Part shown: piece after piece, positions 57,799 through 64,000 of the stretch
How the letters are laid out: each line of letters opens with the position of its first letter
Numbering within the stretch: position 1 is the first letter of the stretch
Source: an uncultured Ohtaekwangia sp.
Lineage (GTDB): Bacteria; Bacteroidota; Bacteroidia; Cytophagales; Cyclobacteriaceae
NCBI GenBank assembly: GCA_964429845.1
Contig: CAYSCT010000012.1
Location: forward strand, 18,412 to 82,411
Length of the DNA stretch: 64,000 nt
Reading direction: 5' to 3'
The notes under the pieces: generated by a model
What the model saw: only the letters and a program-made list of their open reading frames with translations
Databases searched by the model: none
What the model was told of the DNA's origin: nothing
Made by a program: the position numbers and the translations under genes

Positions 57799-60036
57799 AT
57801 GAAATGGTTGATGGCGCTGCTGGCGCTGGCAGTGAGTCTTCCGGTTTCCGGTCAAAAAAGTCGTCCATCATTCACCATCCACAAGGCCCAAGGCCCCATT
57901 CGGGTAGATGGGGTGGCAAACGAACCCGATTGGCAAGCTGCCGAAGTGGTAAAAGAGCTGGTTCAGCAATTTCCCAACGATACGTCACGCTCGCGACTGC
58001 GAACAGAATTTCGACTGACCTACGATGATCGTTTTATTTACGTGAACGCCCTGGCGTACGACAATACCAAAGGATCGTATGTGCTCTCCTCGCTGCGCAG
58101 AGATTTCCGCGGTGGGGGGTTGGATGGCGTGTCGGTGGTAATCGACCCCTTTCAGGATGTTACCAACGGCTTCTTTTTTGGGGTGAGCCCAGCAGGTGTG
58201 CAACGCGAAGGGTTGATTTCGAACGGCTGGTTGGTGAATGAAGACCTCGACCTTTCGTGGGACAATAAATGGTATGCCGAGTCGTACATTGGAGAGAACT
58301 TTTATTCGGTGGAGATGGCCATACCTTTCAAAACACTGCGCTACAAGCCCGGCAACGCCCGGTGGAACATCAAACTCTATCGAATAGACAGCAAAGAAAA
58401 TGAACGCTCGGTGTGGCCCTTTACACCCCGCAACTTCGAACCCGGCAACCTGAACTATGCAGGCGAGATGATTTGGGATACCCCACCGGTGCATCCGGGC
58501 CCCAACATTTCGGTAATTCCCTATGTGGCCGGTTTGGCTTCGAGAAATTACCTGGCAGACCCCACCGAAGCGCGCAACAATGCACAGATAGGGGGCGATG
58601 CCAAAATTGCCGTTACATCTTCGCTCAACCTCGATCTGACGGTGAATCCCGATTTCTCTCAGGTGGAGGTAGACAGGCAGGTTACCAACCTCGATCGCTT
58701 CGAGCTGTTCTTCCCCGAAAGGCGCCAGTTCTTCCTGGAAAATGCAGATCTTTTTTCTTCGTACGGCCACATCTTTGCCCGACCTTTTTTCTCCAGAAGA
58801 ATTGGCGTGAGTCGCGATACGGCCACCGGCCAGAACATTCAGAACCAGATACCCTTTGGCCTACGGCTGAGCGGCAACCTCAACAAATACTGGCGCATGG
58901 GCCTGCTGAATATGCAGACAGCCGAAATCAAATCGGCCAACGTTCCATCGTACAACCACACCGTGGCCACGGTGCAGCGAAGGGTGGGGTCTAACTCCAA
59001 CATACGGGGTATTTTGGTTAACCGCCAACTGATACGCAACGACACGCTGGACTTCAGGCCGGCAGGGTATTTCTATAACCGCGTGGCCGGTATCGATTAC
59101 AACTACAACTTTCGCGATAACCGCTGGACTGGCAACGTATTTTTTCACAAACAATTTACCGAGAACACCACTCCACAGGGATTTGCACATGGCTACAACC
59201 TGTCGCACAACACACGCAGCCTTAACCTCAACTGGTTCCACCAGGTAATTGGAAGAGACTATAACCCTGCCGATGGCTATGTGCCACGTAACGGTTACAA
59301 GCGCATTTCTCCCTCGGGGTCGTTTTTTATTTATCCGCAGTCGCAGCTCATCAACAACCACGGCCCCACCTTCGACATGGCTTTTATTTGGGATGACACC
59401 TTCGGTTTTACCGATCGGGAGCTCAATTACGGATGGGCAGCGGTGTTGCAGAACCAGGCCGTGCTGCTGCTGAACTACAGAAACACGTACACCTTTCTTT
59501 TCAACGACTTTGACCCCACCAACTCACCACGCGAAGACAACGCAGAAAAACTTCCGGCCCAGACCGGTTATACGTATGGCAATGTAAATCTCAATTTTAT
59601 TTCCGATCCGCGCGATCTCTTCAACTTCCAGTTCACGGCAGTGGCTGGTAATTATTTTAACGGGCAACGTTACGGGTTCTCAGGTCTTTTCAACTACCGC
59701 TATCAGCCTTATGGCGTTTTTTCCCTCGACTTGAATTACAACCGCATTGTGTTGCCTGCGCCTTATGCCACAGCCGATATTTACCTGGTGGGCCCACGGG
59801 TGGATTTAACGCTTACCCGTTCTGTTTTTTTTACTTCGTTCTTCCAATACAACAGTCAGTTTAAGAATGTAAATATCAACTCACGGCTACAGTGGCGGTT
59901 CAAGCCCGTGTCTGATTTGTTCATTGTATACACCGATAATTATTATTACTCGTTCGATGAGCCACGCCTGTACAGCAACTTTTTTTCAAAAAACAGGGCG
60001 TTGGTGGTCAAGCTTACCTATTGGTTCAACCTGTAA
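57799..60036 (+). CDS. CBM9-like / DUF5916 outer-membrane protein
   Basis: IRVDG..EPDW, TVNPDFSQVEVD, FFPERRQFFLEN, FFSRRIG; C-terminal YWFNL. Confidence 0.88.
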   Translation: MKWLMALLALAVSLPVSGQKSRPSFTIHKAQGPIRVDGVANEPDWQAAEVVKELVQQFPNDTSRSRLRTEFRLTYDDRFIYVNALAYDNTKGSYVLSSLRRDFRGGGLDGVSVVIDPFQDVTNGFFFGVSPAGVQREGLISNGWLVNEDLDLSWDNKWYAESYIGENFYSVEMAIPFKTLRYKPGNARWNIKLYRIDSKENERSVWPFTPRNFEPGNLNYAGEMIWDTPPVHPGPNISVIPYVAGLASRNYLADPTEARNNAQIGGDAKIAVTSSLNLDLTVNPDFSQVEVDRQVTNLDRFELFFPERRQFFLENADLFSSYGHIFARPFFSRRIGVSRDTATGQNIQNQIPFGLRLSGNLNKYWRMGLLNMQTAEIKSANVPSYNHTVATVQRRVGSNSNIRGILVNRQLIRNDTLDFRPAGYFYNRVAGIDYNYNFRDNRWTGNVFFHKQFTENTTPQGFAHGYNLSHNTRSLNLNWFHQVIGRDYNPADGYVPRNGYKRISPSGSFFIYPQSQLINNHGPTFDMAFIWDDTFGFTDRELNYGWAAVLQNQAVLLLNYRNTYTFLFNDFDPTNSPREDNAEKLPAQTGYTYGNVNLNFISDPRDLFNFQFTAVAGNYFNGQRYGFSGLFNYRYQPYGVFSLDLNYNRIVLPAPYATADIYLVGPRVDLTLTRSVFFTSFFQYNSQFKNVNINSRLQWRFKPVSDLFIVYTDNYYYSFDEPRLYSNFFSKNRALVVKLTYWFNL

Positions 60037-60037
60037 A

Positions 60038-60724
60038 CTAAATCTGGAAGTCGAAACCTTTTTTGATCAGGTTATCGTACACTTTCATGTCGAAGCGGTA
60101 GAGATTGGCGGCACGGTGGGCTACATCTTTTTGTTTTTCTTCGCACGGCACCAGGAGATTCATCTTCATTAATTTTCTGCGGAAGTTGGGTTTGTCGAGC
60201 TTGCGATCAAGGATGGCTTCGTATAGATTTTGAAGTTGCAGCAGCGTAAACTTTTTAGGTAGCAGGTTAAACCCGATGGGTTCGTGCTGCACTTTGTGCT
60301 TCAGAAATTCGAAGCCGAAATCAAAAACTTCATTATGGTCGTAAGGCAGGGCCGGTACCCGGTGTACATCGAACCATTTGGCCTCCGAGGCGGTGAAGCC
60401 AGCTTGCGGTTTGTATTTTTTGGCATTCACCAGGGCAAAGTAAGCCACTGTGATAACGCGTTTATCGGGGTAGCGGTCTACGCGGCCAAACGCCTTCACT
60501 TGCTCCAGGTAGATATTCGAGATGCCCGTAAGGGCCGTTAAAATGCGCGAAGCGGCCTCGTCCAGGCTTTCGTTGTATTTGATCCAACCGCCCGGCAAAG
60601 CCCATTTTCCCTTACTGATGCCCTCCGCGTGTTTCACCAAAAGTATCTCCAGTTGATTCTTCTCAAAACCGAAAACAAGGCAGTCGATGGAGAGGGCCTC
60701 AATGATATCTTCAGGTTCCGGCAT
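60038..60724 (-). CDS. NrtR-family Nudix-wHTH transcriptional regulator (probable xylose repressor)
   Basis: SIDCLVFG, WALPGG, YLEQV, RDP-like RYPDKRV, PKKFTLLQLQ, NFRRK; divergent from xylB-xylA. Confidence 0.9.
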   Translation of the reverse strand: MPEPEDIIEALSIDCLVFGFEKNQLEILLVKHAEGISKGKWALPGGWIKYNESLDEAASRILTALTGISNIYLEQVKAFGRVDRYPDKRVITVAYFALVNAKKYKPQAGFTASEAKWFDVHRVPALPYDHNEVFDFGFEFLKHKVQHEPIGFNLLPKKFTLLQLQNLYEAILDRKLDKPNFRRKLMKMNLLVPCEEKQKDVAHRAANLYRFDMKVYDNLIKKGFDFQI

Positions 60725-60737
60725 GGAATTTCGGGGC

Positions 60738-60764
60738 TAATTATAGTCAAATTGACTATAATTA
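60738..60764. promoter_or_regulatory. Perfect 27-bp palindrome, probable NrtR operator
   Basis: TAATTATAGTCAA-A-TTGACTATAATTA in the regulator/xylB divergent spacer. Confidence 0.8.
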
Positions 60765-60823
60765 ATTAATTTTCAAACCTGTCTTGCAAACGATTTTTTA
60801 AAGCGTAATCGAAGATTCAGAAT

Positions 60824-62332
60824 ATGGCCCCTGGCGCGTGTTTATTGGGTTTTGATGTGGGAAGCTCCTCAGTGAAGGTGTCCATTATGGAGGCTGCCAC
60901 CGGCAAGTTGCTGGCTTCTGCTATTTCGCCTACCAACGAAATGGAGATTAGCAGTCCCCAGCCCGGCTGGGCAGAGCAGCATCCGGAATTGTGGTGGCAG
61001 CATGCGGCAGAGGCGGCCCGCAAAGCCCTTCAGAAAGGCGGAGTAAGCAAAGAGAAGGTTGCGGCCATTGGCATATCCTACCAAATGCATGGTTTGGTGC
61101 TGGTAGATGAAAAGCAACAGGTGCTGCGTCCTTCCATTATCTGGTGCGATAGCCGGGCCGTTGACATTGGAGAGCAGGCCAACCGCGCCCTGGGGGAACA
61201 ATATTGTCTCACACACCTGCTGAATTCGCCCGGAAATTTTACCGCCTCCAAACTGCGTTGGGTGAAGGAAAACGAACCGGATATTTATAGCAGGATCAAC
61301 AAAATTATGTTGCCAGGCGATTACCTGGCCATGCGTTTAACGGGTGCCGTGCGCACCACGGTGTCGGGCCTATCGGAAGGCATATTCTGGGACTACCAGA
61401 CGGGAACTGTATCAGACCGGTTGCTTCAACTCTACGGTATCGACCCAAAACTCTTAGCCGACACCGTGCCCACGTTTGGAAACCAAGGTGAACTGACACC
61501 ATCCGCAGCGGAAGCGTTGGGACTGCTGGCAGGAACGCCCGTTACTTACCGGGCAGGCGACCAACCTAACAATGCCTTCTCCTTGAAGGCGTTGCACCCG
61601 GGGGAAGTGGCCGCCACGGCCGGCACCAGCGGTGTGATCTATGCCATTGCCGACAAGCCTCAATACGATGGCGCATCGCGCGTAAACCCGTTTGTTCACG
61701 TCAACCACCAGCCGGGTGCGCAACGCCTGGGCATATTGCTTTGTGTGAACGGTACGGGTATTATGAATAGCTGGCTGCGCAAAGCCTGGAGCCGCAGCGG
61801 AGATTTGTCGTACGAACAATTGAATGCGCTGGCCGCCTCGGTGCCCATTGGGGCGGATGGCCTGCGGATCTTGCCGTTCGGGAATGGCGCGGAGCGCATG
61901 CTGAAGAACAGAGACTTAGGAGCAAGTATGCATGGGTTGAACCTGACAAGACACCAAAGCGCACACGTGAGCAGGGCCGTGCAGGAAGGCATTGTGTTTG
62001 CGCTCGGTTATGGCTTCGATATTTTGCACGAAATGGGTGTGCATACAACGCTGATCCGCGCAGGGCGTGCCAACATGTTCCTGAGTGATTTATTCTGCGA
62101 GGCTTTTGCCAACGTAACGGGTACACGGCTGGAACTTTACAACACCGATGGGGCACAAGGGGCCGCGCGCGCAGCCGGAGTTGGGGCGGGCATTTACGCC
62201 AACCACGATGAAGCATTTGTGGGGCTTGAACGCATAGGAACCTTTGAGCCCACGAAAGACAAACAACGACAATACGGTCAGGCGTTTGCAGACTGGAAGA
62301 ACATTCTGATCCATCAATTGATATCACACTAA
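60824..62332 (+). CDS. xylB: Xylulokinase (FGGY family)
   Basis: [22 protein letters not shown]; upstream of xylA. Confidence 0.9.
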   Translation: MAPGACLLGFDVGSSSVKVSIMEAATGKLLASAISPTNEMEISSPQPGWAEQHPELWWQHAAEAARKALQKGGVSKEKVAAIGISYQMHGLVLVDEKQQVLRPSIIWCDSRAVDIGEQANRALGEQYCLTHLLNSPGNFTASKLRWVKENEPDIYSRINKIMLPGDYLAMRLTGAVRTTVSGLSEGIFWDYQTGTVSDRLLQLYGIDPKLLADTVPTFGNQGELTPSAAEALGLLAGTPVTYRAGDQPNNAFSLKALHPGEVAATAGTSGVIYAIADKPQYDGASRVNPFVHVNHQPGAQRLGILLCVNGTGIMNSWLRKAWSRSGDLSYEQLNALAASVPIGADGLRILPFGNGAERMLKNRDLGASMHGLNLTRHQSAHVSRAVQEGIVFALGYGFDILHEMGVHTTLIRAGRANMFLSDLFCEAFANVTGTRLELYNTDGAQGAARAAGVGAGIYANHDEAFVGLERIGTFEPTKDKQRQYGQAFADWKNILIHQLISH

Positions 62333-62346
62333 CACTTTCTACCATC

Positions 62347-63675
62347 ATGAAAATCACTAAAGGAAAAACTGAATATTTCAAAGGCATCCGCGCCATTCGC
62401 TACGAAGGCAAAGAGTCCGATAACCCATTGGCATTTAAATATTACAATCCGCGCCAGCGTGTGGGCAAAAAAACCATGGAAGAACATTTTCGTTTTGCCA
62501 TTGCCTATTGGCACACCTTCTGCGGCACGGGGGGCGATCCGTTTGGTGTGGCCACGAAAAATTTTCCCTGGTTGCAAAGCTCCGATGCCATGCAACGCGC
62601 CTACGACAAGATGGACGCAGCCTTTGAATTCATTACCAAGATCGGTGCGCCCTTCTATTGTTTCCACGATTACGACCTGGTAGATGAAGCCCCTACGTTG
62701 AAGGAATCGGAGAAGCGGCTGGAGAAAATTGTAGACTACGCCAGTCAGAAGCAAAAAGAGTCGGGTGTAAGGCTGCTGTGGGGAACGGCCAATCTGTTTG
62801 GTCACCCACGCTATATGAACGGTGCCGCCACCAATCCCGATTTCAATGTAGTTTGTCACGCGGCAGCGCAGGTTAAAAACGCCATCGATGCCACGGTTGC
62901 GCTGGGAGGTGCCAACTATGTTTTCTGGGGCGGAAGGGAAGGTTATCTTACCTTATTGAATACCAACATGAAGCGGGAGCAGGAACACCTGGCCCGCTTT
63001 CTGCACGCGGCCCGCGACTACGGAAGGAAGGTTGGCTTCAAACGAACTTACCTCATAGAACCCAAACCGATGGAGCCCACCAAACACCAGTATGATTTTG
63101 ATGCGGCTACCGTGATTTCCTTTTTACGTCAATATGATCTGATGGATGACTTCAAGCTGAACCTGGAAGTGAACCACGCCACGTTGGCGCACCATACCTT
63201 TCAGCACGAACTGCAGGTAGCGGCCGATGCGGGGGTACTAGGCAGTATGGATGCCAACCGCGGTGATTATCAAAACGGGTGGGATACAGATCAGTTCCCC
63301 AACAACTTGTACGAACTAGCCGAATCAATGCTTGTGATTTTGCAGGCAGGCGGGTTTAAGTCCGGTGGTATTAACTTCGATGCGAAGACGCGCAGAAACT
63401 CCACCGACCTGGCCGATATTTTCTATGCACACGTGGGCGGCATGGATGCTTTTGCCCGTGCCCTGCTCATAGCGCAGGCGATATTGGATGATGGCGAGTA
63501 CACTTCGCTGCTCAAGCAACGGTATGCTTCGTTCGATTCCGGCAAAGGCAAGCAGTTTGAACGCGGAGCCCTGGGTTTGGAAGCCATGCGTAAATTGGCA
63601 CACCAAAATGGAGAACCCGAACAGATCAGCGGTAGGCAGGAATATTTCGAGAATTTGGTGAGTAAGTTTATCTGA
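62347..63675 (+). CDS. xylA: Xylose isomerase (class II)
   Basis: [34 protein letters not shown]. Confidence 0.97.
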   Translation: MKITKGKTEYFKGIRAIRYEGKESDNPLAFKYYNPRQRVGKKTMEEHFRFAIAYWHTFCGTGGDPFGVATKNFPWLQSSDAMQRAYDKMDAAFEFITKIGAPFYCFHDYDLVDEAPTLKESEKRLEKIVDYASQKQKESGVRLLWGTANLFGHPRYMNGAATNPDFNVVCHAAAQVKNAIDATVALGGANYVFWGGREGYLTLLNTNMKREQEHLARFLHAARDYGRKVGFKRTYLIEPKPMEPTKHQYDFDAATVISFLRQYDLMDDFKLNLEVNHATLAHHTFQHELQVAADAGVLGSMDANRGDYQNGWDTDQFPNNLYELAESMLVILQAGGFKSGGINFDAKTRRNSTDLADIFYAHVGGMDAFARALLIAQAILDDGEYTSLLKQRYASFDSGKGKQFERGALGLEAMRKLAHQNGEPEQISGRQEYFENLVSKFI

Positions 63676-63755
63676 AATGTTTTTTAACGATAAGAAGTAA
63701 TCATTAAAGGTGGTCTCGAAAAATAGCGAAGTGGTTATGTTTGAAAGGGCTCGCC

Positions 63756-64000
63756 TTACCCTCTTTCGAGGATGACCGCATACCCTTGCCCCAGCCCCAC
63801 ACACATGGTGCAGAGTGCATAGCGCTTTTGTTGCTGGTGTAATTCCAGGGCTGCTGTTTGCAGCAGGCGCGCGCCCGACATGCCGAGCGGGTGTCCCAGG
63901 GCAATGGCGCCACCATTGGGGTTGATGCGCGGGTCGTCATCAGCCAGGCCCCACGAGCGGGTGCACGCAAGACTTTGTGCGGCAAAGGCTTCATTCAGTT
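63756..64000 (-). CDS. Acetyl-CoA C-acyltransferase (thiolase), 3' end only
   Basis: Hand translation: NEAFAAQ...[15 protein letters not shown]...CVGLGQG; stop TAA at 63758-63756. Confidence 0.9.
   Translation of the reverse strand, partial: LNEAFAAQSLACTRSWGLADDDPRINPNGGAIALGHPLGMSGARLLQTAALELHQQQKRYALCTMCVGLGQGYAVILERG

Noticed and set aside
1-64000. Many 60-310 aa ORFs in the track that overlap the called genes (for example 2290-2832, 18094-19014, 54710-55651, 57985-58770)
   Set aside because: They are antisense or off-frame shadows of genes with clear family motifs and have no motifs of their own
1-64000. CRISPR array, tRNA/rRNA, transposase, integrase or prophage
   Set aside because: I saw no regularly spaced direct repeats, cloverleaf structures or recognisable recombinase or phage proteins on reading

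Overview
64-kb chromosomal segment of a Bacteroidota genome, most likely Cytophagales. Support: gldC, TAnnTTTG -7 promoter elements, a split metH, and many Sec signal peptides followed by Gln. Most of it is dense housekeeping sequence: menaquinone genes, lpxK, miaE, the met, thr and xyl operons, CoA-transferase, ftsX-uppP-truB-ribF, hppA, trhO and mog. I saw no tRNA, rRNA, CRISPR array, transposase or prophage. Features the ORF track misses: a SAM-I riboswitch, a Thr/Ile-rich leader peptide before thrABC, a perfect 27-bp NrtR-type palindrome, a four-helix-bundle gene inside short inverted repeats plus an apparently empty copy of the same repeat, a cluster of DnaA-box-like 9-mers, and a small ORF broken by an amber codon. 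The best candidate for an undescribed system is at 42770-46714. It has an exported TPR-CHAT (caspase-like) protease with an AT-rich sensor half and a divergent 77-aa Cys/Thr-rich secreted peptide. The third gene is an outer-membrane barrel whose mature N-terminal motif (GCSDAGFCTMG) recurs in that peptide (GCSDSGYCTPG), with DNA identity mostly lost at synonymous sites.
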